From contig CM119266.1 of assembly GCA_051294375.1 (NCBI GenBank), positions 21,403,987-21,467,986 on the forward strand: a stretch of 64,000 nucleotides of DNA. Direction: 5' to 3'. Shown piece after piece: positions 25,294 to 39,719 of this stretch. The notes beneath the pieces were generated by a model that was given only the letters and a program-made list of their open reading frames with translations, had not been told where the DNA came from and made no database searches. Source of the DNA: Paraspadella gotoi. Taxonomy: Eukaryota > Animalia > Chaetognatha. How positions within the stretch are numbered: the first letter of the stretch is position 1; every line of letters starts with the position of its first letter. Made by a program: the position numbers and the translations under genes.

Positions 25294-25510
25294 GCGCCGT
25301 AATAGTGCACTGGGCTAACTCTTCATCTCCGAACCCTAATGTCTCGGGTTCTAGCCTTGGTCGGAACAGTCCTTGCACATAGAGTGACGGGTCGCTTAAA
25401 CCACCGGTAGCAAGCCTTCCGCTGGAAGGCAACTGACGGAAATATCTCCCAGACCCACTGGGAACCCTTAGTGACGACCTAATGCGACCTTCTCTCTTCC
25501 CTCAGTCACT
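25294..25510 (+). mobile_element. tRNA-derived SINE-like element (duplicate at ~30003-30230)
   Basis: A-box-like TAGTGCACTGG (25303) and B-box-like GGTTCTAGCC (25347) at tRNA spacing, followed by a GC-rich body in AT-rich flanks. Confidence 0.55.
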
Positions 25511-26192
25511 TCAATAACACCTTTCGTTTTAAAATCATGTTTTCTCTCCTTTCTCGTGTTTATTAAACTTTCTATACGGCGCAATTAAATCAATATTATA
25601 TAATGTAACGTTTAAAGATAAACCAACCCCGCGTCGAAAGAAAAGAAAAGCTGCGGTGAATGAGATTCCTCTTTCCTTTCGTGTTCAGCGGGCGACGAAG
25701 ATCCAATTGACTTCGGGTCTAAACCCGTCTTTTCTGCTCAAATGGACTCTGGTCAAACTGACCCCTCAGGCCTCGTGACGAGCGGAGTCCGATTCGATGA
25801 AACTTGGCTCGTCGTCGTTATCATCATCGTCATCGTCGTCGTCGTCGTCATCATCATTATCATCATCATCATCATCTTCATCATCATCTCTATAATCTGG
25901 ATAAAGTAGTATTCTTTATTTTATTTTCGTCACCAGCCTCGTTTTTATCATTTTCGGCGTTATTGTCATCATAAGTCGCCGTCGTTGTCATCTTCATCAT
26001 CTTCGTCGTTGTCGTCGTCGTCGTATCCGGGAAACGGAATTCGTCGGTCACAGATTCACAGTGAATATATTTTTTTTCGATTCAGCTTGTGATCTCCGAC
26101 AGATTCTGAATGAATTCGAAAGAGAGAAAAAAAGAGGGAAAATATACGTCTTCGTACAAACACGAAATAAGTATAGAAAAGAGACAGATCAT

Positions 26193-26258
<66 letters not shown>

Positions 26259-26635
26259 CAAAAAAATGGATATATTCATGAAAACCGATTAAGAAATGCG
26301 ACTTGGAGATAATATTTGTACCTTTTTCCTTCTTTCTTTTTTTTCTTTCGTCCCTGTATTGCCTCGCCCTTCGTTTTCCTCTAAATCCATCTAGCGGTTA
26401 GGTCAATTTCTCTCTTTATACATTCCACCTCTCTCTCGAGTCTTTTTCTCTCTCTCTCCTCTCTTCTTTCTCTCTCTCTCTCTCTCTCTCTGCTCTCATC
26501 TCTCTCTCTTCTCCTCTCTCTCTCATCTCTCTCCTTCTCTTCCCTAGGTCAGAATTTTTTTTCCGAAAATTGAATAATTTCCTTATCACGTCGTCTGTGC
26601 TCATTATCTATCTAGCTTTTCCAATTTATTTCTTA

Positions 26636-26690
<55 letters not shown>

Positions 26691-27929
26691 ATTCTCCTCT
26701 CCTCTCTCTCTCTCTCTCCCTCTTATCACGACACTGACTGAAATAAATCATAGGATTAATATCATTTCGGGTTTTTCAAAGCTGATATTTCATTCATTCA
26801 TCCATTTTTTTCTATTTTTTTTTCTCAATATCATGTCCTGACCTGCTCGGGACTCTGGACTCGGCGGTTAACAGATTACGACTCTTTTTTCTATTTTCCT
26901 TTTTTTTTCCTTTCTTTCTTTCCCTAATTTTTTTTCACTTCCTTTGCCTGCTTCATTTCCGAATCCCCTTTTCCGTCACGCATAAGGAAAATTCACTATC
27001 TTTCTCAACGCCCGGGTAGGGCAAATGATCGCGCAACCAATCGAAAGCTTCAGTCAAGTTTCCTTTGACTTATCAGCGTGAGACAGCGACGTCATGGCGT
27101 TTCACTTTTAAAAAAATATCCATAAAAATAAAGAAAAACCTACGAGGATTGAGGCGACCAATCGAAAAGACGTAATCCGTGTTCGCCCAATCAAAAGTCG
27201 ACGACGCGAACTTAATCATTATCGCCTCATGGAGAAAGACAAAATGAAAAATCCGTTAATGGAGCGTAAATTTGTAAACAAAAATACTATGTCGGACCTC
27301 AACAGTTTTTTACCTTTCGTTACCGTCTTAGTGGTTTTTTAAAATTGTCTTTGACCAAAAAAAAAATCCAAATCATTAAAAAAATTATCCTCAAAATTTT
27401 AGAAAAGGTATTATATACATTTTTTGCGTATTTTAAAATAGAATTATAAAAGCAATGGGTAAGCAAAAAAAGTTAAATTGATATTCTTTCACTATTTATA
27501 TTAGTTTGGTATATACTTTATACGAAAATTGATGTCCTGAGTTTTAACACTAATTGACGTAGTATCTATGAAAATTTGCACATTACTTGTTTCACTATTT
27601 TCTATTTTTCTATTTTAATATTTTTATATCTTTATTATTTAATGTGTATGTAATATTTTTGTGAGAAAGTGTATACGTCGTAGCCCGTAAAGTTTGTACA
27701 GAATTCAAGAAAAATTTTCACTATCGTTTTGAATATAATTGTCATCAAAATTTAATTCAAGGATGTTACGGAAATCCTGGAAAATCATATCACTCACTCG
27801 TATTTCTTCTTAACTTATGATAAGCTTAAATGCTGATACGAGATAGCTGTTTTGTATTTGGTAAGTACATTAATACCTATTAAGATTTAGTGGCCATATA
27901 ATCAAGCCTGACCTGACTAACCAAGAAAA

Positions 27930-28050
27930 CTGGCAAACCAATGGGACGCGTAAATCGTATCAGCCAATCAGCGACGACCTTATTCGACGCGTCGACCAAT
28001 CATCGTCGAGCTCTCGTCGGCGTTGCCCGGTGAAGGCGCGGAAGTCAAGT
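27930..28050 (+). promoter_or_regulatory. Putative promoter module: three CCAAT boxes plus a CGGAAGT ETS-like site (duplicated near 32760-32870)
   Basis: AACCAATGG (~27936), AGCCAATCAG (~27962) and GACCAATCA (~27994) in one orientation, then CGGAAGT (~28039), in CpG-rich sequence. Further CCAAT boxes at ~27035, 27157 and 27187. Confidence 0.4.
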
Positions 28051-28111
28051 GACGAGAAATTCACGTTTGAATCCCGTTCAGTCGCGAGAAAAGAACCGCG
28101 AAGGCGAGAGA

Positions 28112-28145
<34 letters not shown>

Positions 28146-30967
28146 NNNNNNNNNNNNNNNNNNNNNNNNNNNNNNNNNNNNNNNNNNNNNNNNNNNNNNN
28201 NNNNNNNNNNNNNNNNNNNNNNNNNNNNNNNNNNNNNNNNNNNNNNNNNNNNNNNNNNNNNNNNNNNNNNNNNNNNNNNNNNNNNNNNNNNNNNNNNNNN
28301 NNNNNNNNNNNNNNNNNNNNNNNNNNNNNNNNNGAGAGAGAAGAAAACAAACTGAAGAGGAATAATGTTTAACTTGAGGAAAAACGGAAAACGCAACTGA
28401 AAAATTAATGAAGACGAAACACGAAACTTGAAAAAGTTAAAAAACGCCAAATTGAAGAAGAAATTCGCAAACATACATACTTACATACATACATATTATC
28501 TACTTTTTATTCTCAATACAAACGAAAAAAAAAAAAGAAATCTTCACTTTTTTAATAAACGGCCGTTGTTTATTTTGATAAACCGTGGGATCACGTGACG
28601 AGTGAGACGCGTCGTCTAAGTCCGACGCTTTTTTGTTCTCTCTTCAAGAAAAACTCTCGTTTGACCACTCAACGCTCGCAAAGGAACGAAAAAAGCAATT
28701 GTGAAAAAATAAAAAAAATGAAAACCGCAAAAAAAATAAAAAATAAATAAATAAATAAAAGGCAAAAGAAAATAAAGTTTCCGACGCCTCGACGCGACGA
28801 TATGACGATAATATTTCAATTACCGTCACCTTGACAACGAGAATAACAACGACGACGAACCCAACTTAACGCGATGATAACCGACGACGACGATGAATGA
28901 CAAGTTTGGCGCGAATACAAAAATGGCTAACAAGTGTTTGATGCGAAGAAGGGAGATTAAGTTCGTTCTCTCTCTCTCTCTCTCTCCTCTCATTTGCTCC
29001 TCTCTTCTCTCGTCATTTCTCTCTCTCTCTCTTTCTTGTCCCAGATTTCCCTTCATATGCTTCTCCTTTTTTCATGCTGAATCAAACTTGAACGTAACGC
29101 CCGTCGGACGGAATACGCGTCACAGGAGTTTTTCGTCTCAGCCTTTAATAAAAATGTAAGATGATTGAAGTGTCTGATCTCACTGCTCCTCAGTCTTTAC
29201 TCTCTCTCGCTCTCGGCTCTCGTCTCTCCCTTCCGTACCCTCATCTCATGGATCTCTCTCTCTCTCCTCTCGTTCTCTCTCTTCTCGTCTCTCTTTCCCA
29301 GTCCAGAGGATGTGGCTGGTTCCATGCCATCTCCTACTCTCCGTTGCCACCTTTGTTCCGTCAACATCCGCCAGAAACGGCGTTGCGAAGCGCCATTATT
29401 TGTCCCCTTCGTCGGAATAACGGATGGAAGAGAAAAGATAAACGGGAAAGGAAAGAAATCTTTGGCGGAAAGCGAAGCGATGTGGCGTTAATTCTGCGTC
29501 GTTAATCTGGTTCCGGAGACCCATTGTTTTTTTTTTGTTTTCTTTTTATTCATGTTTTTTTATTTAACACCGGAAGCGTCAAGCGGAACATTGGCTTTTT
29601 TTTCACGTCTTTGTTTTTTTATTTAATTTCTAAACTTAAAAAAGCATATAAAGGCAGACCGAAAATAATATATCGCGGGGGAGCGCTAGCTGCTAACGAG
29701 TAGACCGAGGGCGTCTCGTCTAAAATATTGTTGGTCCTCAAAAAATTTGGCGAGGGAGAATAAAAAGAATCGGAAAATGAACTTAAAATCATCGGAGAAA
29801 AAAAGTAAATTATTGATTTTTCTAACATTAATCGCTCTTTAAACTTATCGCATTTTTATAGTTTTTTTGCCTACTCCTATTAAGATAAATGTTAATCGAT
29901 CTCGTTCTACAGTTATTTTTTTCGTTAATTTCGGAATAGTGTTGATAATGTAGTGATATAATATACGATATCGGATTGCTGTTACGACTGTTTCGTTCCA
30001 CAGCGCCCGTAATAGTGCACTGGGCTAACGTCTTCATCTCCGAACCCTAATGTCTCCGGTTCTAGCCTTGTCGGAAGCATCCTTGGGCACATAGAGTGAC
30101 GGGTCGCTTAAACCACCGGTAGCAAGCCTTCCGCTGGAAGGCAACTGACGGAAATATTCCCAGACCCACTGGAACCCTTTAGTGACGAACCTGTATATGC
30201 GACCGTTCTCTCTTTCCTGCAGTCACTTCAATAACAACCTTTCGTTTTAAAATCAAATAGTCTTTCTCTCCTTTCTCGTGTTTATTAAACTTTCTATAAC
30301 GGCGCAAGTTAAATCAAGTAGTTCATACATATGTAACGTTTAAAGATAAACCAACCCGCGTCGATAAGAAAGAAAGCTGAAGTGAATGAGATTCGTCTTT
30401 CCTTTTCTGTGTTCAGCGGGCGACAGACGATCCATTGACTTCGGGGTCCTAAAAACCCCGTCTTTTTGTCTGCCCTAAATGGACCTCTGGTAAAACTGAC
30501 CCCGTCAGGCCTCGAGTGACCGAAGCGGAGTCCGATTCGATGAAACTTGGCTCGTTCGTCGTTATCGATCATCGTCATCGTCGTCTGTCGTCGTCACATC
30601 ATTATCATCATCCCATCCATCATCTTCATACATCATCTCTATAATCTGGATAAAGTAGTATCTTTAATTTTATTTGCGTCACCAGCGCCTCGTTTTTATC
30701 ACTTTCGGCGTTAATTGTCATCATGACAGTAGCGCGTCGGCATGCTCCAGATCATGATTCAGATACGAGCCTCTCATGTCGTCTGTCGTGTCGTCATCCC
30801 GGGAAACGGAATTGTCGGTCCACAGATTCACAGTGAATATATTTTTTTCGATTCAAGCTTGTGATCTCCGACAATTCTGAAATGAATTCGAAAGAGAGAA
30901 AAAAAAGAGGGAAAATATACGTCTTCGTACAAACACGAAAATAAGTATAGAAAAAGAGACAGATCAT

Positions 30968-31020
<53 letters not shown>

Positions 31021-31263
31021 GAGAGAGAGAGAGAGAGACGAGAGCAAGACAAAAAAATGGATATATTATCATGAAAACCGATTAAGAAATGGCGAGCTTG
31101 ATGAAATATTTGTACCTTTTTCTTCTTTCTTTTTTTTTCTTTCGTCCCTGATTGCTTCGCCCTTCGTTTTCCTCTAAATCCATCTAGGCGGTTAGGTCAA
31201 ATTTCTACTACTTTTATCTCACTCTCTCTTCTTTTCTCTCTTTCTTCTTCTCTCTCTCTCTCT

Positions 31264-31306
<43 letters not shown>

Positions 31307-32943
31307 ACTCTCTCTCTCTCTCTCTCCTTCTCTTCCCTAGGTCAGAAGTTTTTTTCCGAAAATGAATAATTTCCTTACACTGGTCGTCCTGTGCCTCATA
31401 TCTATCTAGCTTTCCATTTATTTTTATTTTCCTCTCGTCTCTCTCTCTTCTCGTCTCTCTCCATCTCTCTCTCTCTACGTCTGACTCTCTCTCTCTCTCC
31501 TCTCCCTCTTATCACGAACGAGCTGACTGAAATAAATCATAGGATTAATATCAATTTTCGGGTTTTTCAAAGCTGAATTTCATTCATTCATCATTTTTTT
31601 CTATTTTTTTTTCTCAAATATCATGGTCCTGACGCTGCTGCGGACTCCTGGCTCGGCGGTTAAAGATTACGACTCTTTTTTTCTATTTTCCTTTTTTTTT
31701 CCTTTCTTTTCTTTCCCTAATTTTTTTTCACTCGCTTTGCCATGCTTGCATTTCCGAATCCCCTTTTCCGTCACGCATAAGGAAAAATTCACTTCTTTCT
31801 CACGCGCCGGGTAGGGCAAATGATCGGCGCACCAATCGAAAGCTTCAGTCCAGTTTCCTTTGACTTATCAGCGGTAGACAGCGACGTCATGGCGTTTTCA
31901 CTTTTAAAAAAATATCCATAAAAATAAAGAAAAACCTAACGAGGATTGAGGGCGACCAATCGAAAAGACGTAACCGTGTTCGCCCAAATCAAAAAGTCGA
32001 CGACCGCGAAACTTACTCTTACGCTCAATGGGAGAAGAAAAATGAACCGTTTATATGGAAGCGTAAAATTTTGTAAACAAAATACTAGTCGACACAGTTT
32101 TTACGCTTTCGTTACCGTCTGTAGTGGTTTTTAAAATTGTCTTTGACCAAAAAAAATCCAAAATCATTTAAAAAAATTATCCTCAAAATTTTATATAATT
32201 AGTTAAATTACCTCAAAATTTATTATTATTTTATTTTTGCGTATTTTAAAATAGAATTATAAAGCATGGGTAAGCAAAAAAAGTTAAATTGATATTCTTT
32301 CACTATTTATATTAGTTTGGTATAATACTTTAATACGAAAAATTGATGTCCTGAGTTTTAACACTAAATTGACTGTAGTATCATATGAAATAAACTTTGC
32401 ACATATACTTGTCACTATTTTCTATTTTTCTATTTAATTATTTTATATCTTTATTATTTAATGTGTATGTAATATTTTTTGAGAAAGATGTATACGTCGT
32501 AGCCCGTAAAGTTTTGTAACAGAATTCAAGAAAAATTTTCACTATCGTTTTTGAATATAATTGTCATCAAAATTTAATTCAAAGGATGTTTCGGCAAATC
32601 TGGAAAATCAATATCACTCACTCGCTATTTCTCTTAACTATGATAGCTTAAATGCCTGATAACGAATAGAGTGGTTTTGTATTGGTAAGTACAATTAATA
32701 CCTATTAAGATTTAGTTGGCCATATAATCAAGCTGACCTGACTAACCCAAGAAAACTGGCAAACCATGGGACGCGTAAAATCGTATCAGCGCAATCAGCG
32801 ACGACCTTATTCGACGCGTCGACAATGCATGTCGAGCTCTCTCGGCGTTGCCCGGTGAAGGCGCGGGAAGTCAAGTGCGAGAAATTCACGTTTGAATCCC
32901 GTTTCGTCGCGAGAAAGAACCCGCGAAGGCGAGAGAAAAACAG

Positions 32944-33000
<57 letters not shown>

Positions 33001-33135
33001 AGGAAGAGGTGAAAACCTGAAAAAGAAAGGCTAAAAGCAAATTAACTAAATAATAATGAGAGGGCGGAAAGAATAGATTTAGAGAACAGATGAGAAAGAG
33101 AAAGAGTTGAAAGAATAAAACAAAATATGAAGAGA

Positions 33136-33211
<76 letters not shown>

Positions 33212-34344
33212 AGAGAGAGAAAAGATAGAGAAGAAAACAAACTGAAGAGAATAATGTTAACATTGAGGAAAAACGGAAACGCAACTGTAAAAATTAATGA
33301 AGACGAAACACGAAACTTGAAAAAGTTAAAAAACGCCATAATCTGAAGAAGAAATTCGCAACATCAATACTTACATACATACATACTTATCTACTTTTAT
33401 TCTCATACAAACAAAAAAAAAAAAAGAAATGCTTCACTTTTTTAATAAACGCCGTTGTTTATTTTGAATAAACCGTGGGATCACGTGACGCAGTGAGACG
33501 CGTCGTCTAAGTCCGACGCTTTTTTGTTTCTCTCTTCATAGAGAAAACTCTCGTTTCGACCACTCAACGCTCGCAAAAGGAACGAAAAAGCAATTGATGA
33601 AACAAATAAAATAAAATGAAAACCGCCAAAAAAAATAAAATAAATAAATAAATAAAAGGCAAAAGGAAAATAAAGTTTCCGACGCCTCGACGCGACGATA
33701 TGACGATAATTTTCAATTACCGTCACCTGACAACGAGAATAACAACGACGACGAACCCAACTAACGCGATGATAACGCGACCGCGATGAATGACAAGTTG
33801 GCGCGAATACAAAAATGGTGGCTAACAAGTGTTTGATGCGAAGAAGGGAGAATAAGTTCGTTTCTCTCATCTCTCTCTCGGTCTCTCTCGTCTTCTCTCG
33901 CTCTCTCTCTCTCTCTCTCTCTCCGTCTTCTCTCTCATCTCTCTCTCTCTCGTTAAATGTTTAAGTTCATTTTCTCTCTTCCTTCTCTCTCTCTTCTCTC
34001 TTCTCTCTCTCTCTCTCTCCTCTCATCTCTTCTCTTCTCCTCATCTCTCGTTAAATGTTTAAGTTTCATTTTCTCTCTCTCTCTCTCTCTCTCTCTCCTC
34101 TCTCTCATCCCTCTCTCTCTCCTCTCTTCTCTGTTAATGTTTACCTAATNNNNNNNNNNNNNNNNNNNNNNNNNCTAATATGTTTGGATTTCTGCAATAC
34201 TTTGCTCTAACTCCGTCATAGTCTCTCTAATCATCTCAGTCATAGTCATTACACATTCCATTGTCATTATGATCATCACCATCATCATCATCAGCGTCAT
34301 CATTTCTATTCCCCCCAATTCCTCGAGGTGCCCTTTGTTATCTT

Positions 34345-34377
<33 letters not shown>

Positions 34378-36484
34378 ACGTTCCTGACGTCATTCCCATC
34401 GATAAAGTTTTTTTTTTTTTTGTCACGAATTCTCGTTCGACTCCCGGAGATTCATCCTCATTTGCATATTTTTCGCCTCGGATTACGACGCCCGTTACGA
34501 CGGATCCTTTGATTTTCCGCCACGAATGCGAGAAACAATTTTACGGTAAATCAATGCGGGTATCGTGACCGGTGGCTCCTTCACCGTAACATACTTTCAA
34601 TAATATCATTAATATTATTAATATTCGCTGCTTTTTTTTTCATTTAGAGAATTGAAGACGTTAATTCAATTTTAAATGTTTTTATTAACTAGAATTAAAA
34701 AGCAAAAAAAAAACAATAATAAATAGAGTCTACGTCACAAAAAGTATACTAAGTTGAATCATAAAGAAGGAAAAAAACCTTTTTTTATTTATTTGTCATC
34801 AAAATGATGAATTCGGGTTGACACATGATATAACTCAGAGGAGGCTATTTTTCTGATTGGTCCCTCTAATCTTTTCATTCTTGAATATATATCCTCTTTT
34901 TTCTACAATTCATACTTGTTTTTATATTCTTTCTCAACGAATTATTTAAAAAGGTAAAATTAATCAAGTTTAAACAAGTTAAGAACCATTAAAAAACATT
35001 AAAAACCTTAGGCTCGATCGATCATCGATAGGGAAATCGCTACTTAATGAGGAGAAACTGCATCTAAATGATCTTTCTCTTCTAATTTACGATTGGATGT
35101 TGAGCTTCGACACGGTGATCAGGCTCGTCGTCGTCGTCGTCGGCGTCGTCGTCGTCGTCGTCGTCGTCGTCGGCGTCGTCGTCACCGCCTCCGCTGATCC
35201 CCGTTGCGTTCCCCTTGTTCTTTGTCATGCATTGAAAAACGATTCTCCGAGAGCCGGTTCTGCCGGATCTCGCCGGATCTCGGTCGATTCTTGCCGATTC
35301 TATCTGAGCGATCTTTCCGCGCCTACCGAGCCCGACGGGCGGGGCCGTTTTGAGCCTTACGTGGCGTGGGGCCGTGGGAGTACTCCGGTGGAGGTTGCCC
35401 GGTTATTTTTGGTTTTTTTTCTCAGTTTAATTAAAAAAGGGGAAAAAAATATAAGGTGAGAGAGTGTCGGGGGAATGATAATATAAATTGGCGAACTGGA
35501 TGATAGTTCGATTAGCAAAGTTGATTTGACAAATGTTGAAAAAATAACAAAAAGGGAGTGAATACTACATAACTTGTTTATATTTATTTAAATTAAAATT
35601 TTCTTTCTGATTTTTTCCATCGCCAATGGTTTGCCTTTTCTCGCTCTTCGATCTTAAACTCTCACTCTAAAGTTCACCTTTCAATATTTCGTCCCTTGGT
35701 ATATATAAACTAAAAAATACTCAAGGCAGGGGTCGGCGCCTCGGCATAAGTCATCCTTATCGCCATGGATTCGCCGAGATTTCGTCGGGATTTGTCCCCA
35801 AATATATTTTCTCTTTTTGTTTTCCGGATTTTTCGTGTTTGTGTGTTTTTCTTTTTTTCTTTTCTTTTTTTTTTGTGAATCGGGTTTGTGTCACAACCAA
35901 GCGTGATATGAAAAAAAAATTGCGTGCTGACTGCTGAGTCGGTGGTACGCGATTGTAACTTTTTTAATTAGCGGGTAGTTTAATGTAAATGTTAAATCAA
36001 TTTAATGTTATATTTTGGAAGCTCAAATGATTGAAAAAAAGACGATGACGACGACGAAGACGGCGACGAAGTCTTTGTACTCTGTGACCCGTAGTGCCGT
36101 AGTGGTCAGCAAGAATGACGTGTTTTTACCCGAACATGAATAATAACCTTGATATGGCTGACCTTTTTCAGCCCATGTAAATACGTAGTTGTTGTTGTTG
36201 TTGTTATTTTTATCGTTTTTGATTTTTACTCTAAGTTTGAAAAAAATATGACTCATTTAATGTTTTTACGAAGTTAACCCAAGGAATATCAATCGGCTGA
36301 TTGCCTTGACTATAGCTTCTTTATTGAAATAAAGGAAATCCAAGAAAATTACTTGAGTGATCTTTGGATCATTTATAAATAAACTTACAGGAAGCTAAAA
36401 ACGATAATTCATAGAAAAGAAGATCCGCCGACTTTGAAACTAAAAATTTTAGTAAAAGATCCTTATGTCCTTATGGTATTTAAA

Positions 36485-36515
<31 letters not shown>

Positions 36516-37412
36516 CGTCGGAATTTCGACGCCGGGGGCAAAAAAAAATTGTGAGGATTTTATCTTAATTTCACCTCCCCCTCCCCCCCTAGAGTCTCTG
36601 GGGTCATTTTTCAAACCGACGAAAATTCTACGGCGCTCATCTACCCAACAACGCATAATTTTCAGATTAGAAAACGAAACTCAGGTTATTCGACGCGCGA
36701 CGCGTGCGTGCACGCAGCACTGGCTCATTAGCGCCATTTTTTGCTTTTACCACGAGAAACTGGGTCTTAGATACGAATTTTTGATTAACAATGTTAATTA
36801 AATTATCCTTATTTATTATTTAACTAATTTTCTGAACAAAATGCTTTACCGAAGGAATATGTGAGTTTAATTTAATATGTATAGATTCAGTGCGGAATTT
36901 AAATGAAAATTTATGGCAATTGGTATAACATGTTGTGGTTGAATTTCGAATTAGTTTTAAGGTGAATTTTACCGTCAATTTCCGCTCGGTGGCATTTCAT
37001 TTTGCAAAGACGAAAACCTGTTTAGAAAATTTCCTATTTTTTTGTTTTTATTTTTTCTTCAATTTTTTATCGTCGCCATTTGCGGCGATGAAAAACAATT
37101 TGAAAAAAAACTTTTACGGATTCCGTGCTTCGAGTTTTTGACTGATTTTAATTATCAAACGAATGGAAATAACAAAACAGACAATTGGAGAGAAATATGA
37201 AAAAAAAAAGAAATCTCATTGATAATTGCTTGGATATTTCTATGACAACACTGCAAAATAAAATTAAAAAAGATTAAATCGAATTCGAATAGATATATCA
37301 GGAAAGGTAATCGCATTAGGGAGATGAATAGAGAAATAAATAATTACGTTATCGACGAGTCACGTGATTCAGGCATCAATTTAACCAAATATTCTATTTT
37401 TGTCGTACCTTA

Positions 37413-37443
<31 letters not shown>

Positions 37444-38699
37444 CTCTGCTCGTCTCTCTCTCCGCGTTCTCTCGTACGACGTGCTCTCTCTCACGAGATT
37501 CAGTTTGGACATAAAAAACTGGCCAAGGGTGCCAATGCTAACATGTCATTAACTTATTTTCATATTTGTATATTAGAACATAAATTCCTTGTAAGTACAT
37601 AAATGTAACATATTTTATTGTTAATAGTGGTTAACTGTCACATTTTGGAGCAATTATAAAATCAAATTAAACATCGTCTCTCTCTCTGCTCGAGTCTCTC
37701 TCTCATCGTCTCTCTCTCGTCTCTCTCTCTCGTCTCTCTCGTCTCAACTCTCTCCTCCCTTTCTAATTTCTCCGCCCATGCGTCGTTATTCCTTCTCACT
37801 CTCACGTCACAATCTCTCCTTCTTTTCTTTCTCCTTTCGCTCACGTTTTCCTCCCTCCCATCCTTCCCCCTATCAACTTTATACGGTTTACATCGTGATT
37901 TATTTACTTTTCTCCCCTTCCCATCTCCATGGCAACGAAATACTCACAACGCAGAAAAAAAAAACGATCATAAAAAATAATAAAAAGCCCGCGTTTCTTT
38001 TGGTGTCGACAGGTTATTACGACGCCATTGAACCGGAAACAACATTCGACGCCTGCGATTGACGCCTCGCGGTGAATATTTCCATTCTGCGCAGCGTCTC
38101 GCGGCGTCGCGCGGCGTCGAGAGAGACCGGCGTCGCCGGCATCTTTGACGGCGTCGCTCCCCTCCCCGCCTCCCGCGCGCCATCTATCGACGACGGGGGA
38201 GTCTTTGTCAACGTCTTACTTTTGGCGAAGTGAACTCAAAAGGGCGGATGGGAATAACTTACTAATCTCAAAAAAAAAAAGGCAATGAAAGGAATGGAAG
38301 GATTGACATTGGATAATGGGTACCGATGCGAAAGACGAAGATTTGAATTCTCAACTTCACGATTTGACTTTTTTCGTTTATAACATTTTTACTAATAAAA
38401 AACTCGCCTCTCTATTGAAACGATTTATTTTTCTCTCACGTCTTTAGTTCTTTTTTTTTCTCCACNNNNNNNNNNNNNNNNNNNNNNNNNNNNNNNNNNN
38501 NNNNNNNNNNNNNNNNNNNNNNNNNNNNNNNNNNNNNNNNNNNNNNNNNNNNNNNNNNNNNNNNNNNNNNNNNNNNNNNNNNNNNNNNNNNNNNNNNNNN
38601 NNNNNNNNNNNTCTCTCTCTTCACCCGGACGAAGGTCGAAGAATTCCATCATCATCCGTCATTCCTTACTTTTCCGCCGACGATCGACGGCGGGTCGAC

Positions 38700-38836
38700 C
38701 TTTGATCACGTGATCATTCACCGGCCTCCACGTGATCGTTCGTCGTTCATCGCGCCGTCGTTCTTCTTCGTCCACGTGATCGCGAGAGGTTGTTCACGTG
38801 ATCGTTCACGTGATCGGTGATCGCTCGTCACGCGAT
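38700..38836. promoter_or_regulatory. Homotypic cluster of five CACGTG E-boxes
   Basis: CACGTG at 38707, 38729, 38773, 38795 and 38807, each followed by ATC, plus a CACGCG variant near 38829. Confidence 0.55.
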
Positions 38837-39406
38837 NNNNNNNNNNNNNNNNNNNNNNNNNNNNNNNNNNNNNNNNNNNNNNNNNNNNNNNNNNNNNNNN
38901 NNNNNNNNNNNNNNNNNNNNNNNNNNNNNNNNNNNNNNNNNNNNNNNNNNNNNNNNNNNNNNNNNNNNNNNNNNNNNNNNNNNNNNNNNNNNNNNNNNNN
39001 NNNNNNNNNNNNNNNNNNNNNNNNNNNNNNNNNNNNNNNNNNNNNNNNNNNNNNNNNNNNNNNNNNNNNNNNNNNNNNNNNNNNNNNNNNNNNNNNNNNN
39101 NNNNNNNNNNNNNNNNNNNNNNNNNNNNNNNNNNNNNNNNNNNTTTTCCAAGGATTAAGTTTTCTTCTTTTGTCGGTAGTGGTTTTTTACGACGCTTACT
39201 TTCAAAACCAACCTAACTTACTTTTACTTACTTTGCAGAGTTCGTCGACAACCTCTTCTCATTTCAACCTCCACACGTCTTTTACTGCCCCTTTCCAATT
39301 CAAATTTCGTTCCAACGGATCTCCCATTAGGATACTCCTCTAGCGACGCGACGCTTACCGTCGGCTTCCCGACACTTTTAACGCCCAACACCCCCGTACC
39401 TTTCCG

Positions 39407-39453
<47 letters not shown>

Positions 39454-39551
39454 ACTCATCTCTCTTCTCTTTCTCTCTCTCTCTCTTCTCTACTCTCTCT
39501 TAAAACAAACCCCATCGCTTCGCCTTCCCCAACCTTTCGCCCTTCTCCGCC

Positions 39552-39688
39552 ATGACATCGATGGCGCGTAATTCCGGCGCTCCATTATCTCGCGGCGACG
39601 CGGAATCCCAGCGCCGGGCGTCAATTAAACCGGCGCTGTCTCGTCCTCCCCTCTACTATCCCGTTGGTCGCCTTCGTCTTCATCCTCT

Positions 39689-39719
<31 letters not shown>

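Larger units (their letters stand above)
24500..33870 (+). repeat. Tandem duplication (~24500-28970 and ~29035-33870), joined within a (CT)n tract
   Basis: Collinear throughout, for example 26041-26310 vs 30805-31090 and 28560-28960 vs 33450-33860. Differences are mostly single-base indels. Confidence 0.95.
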
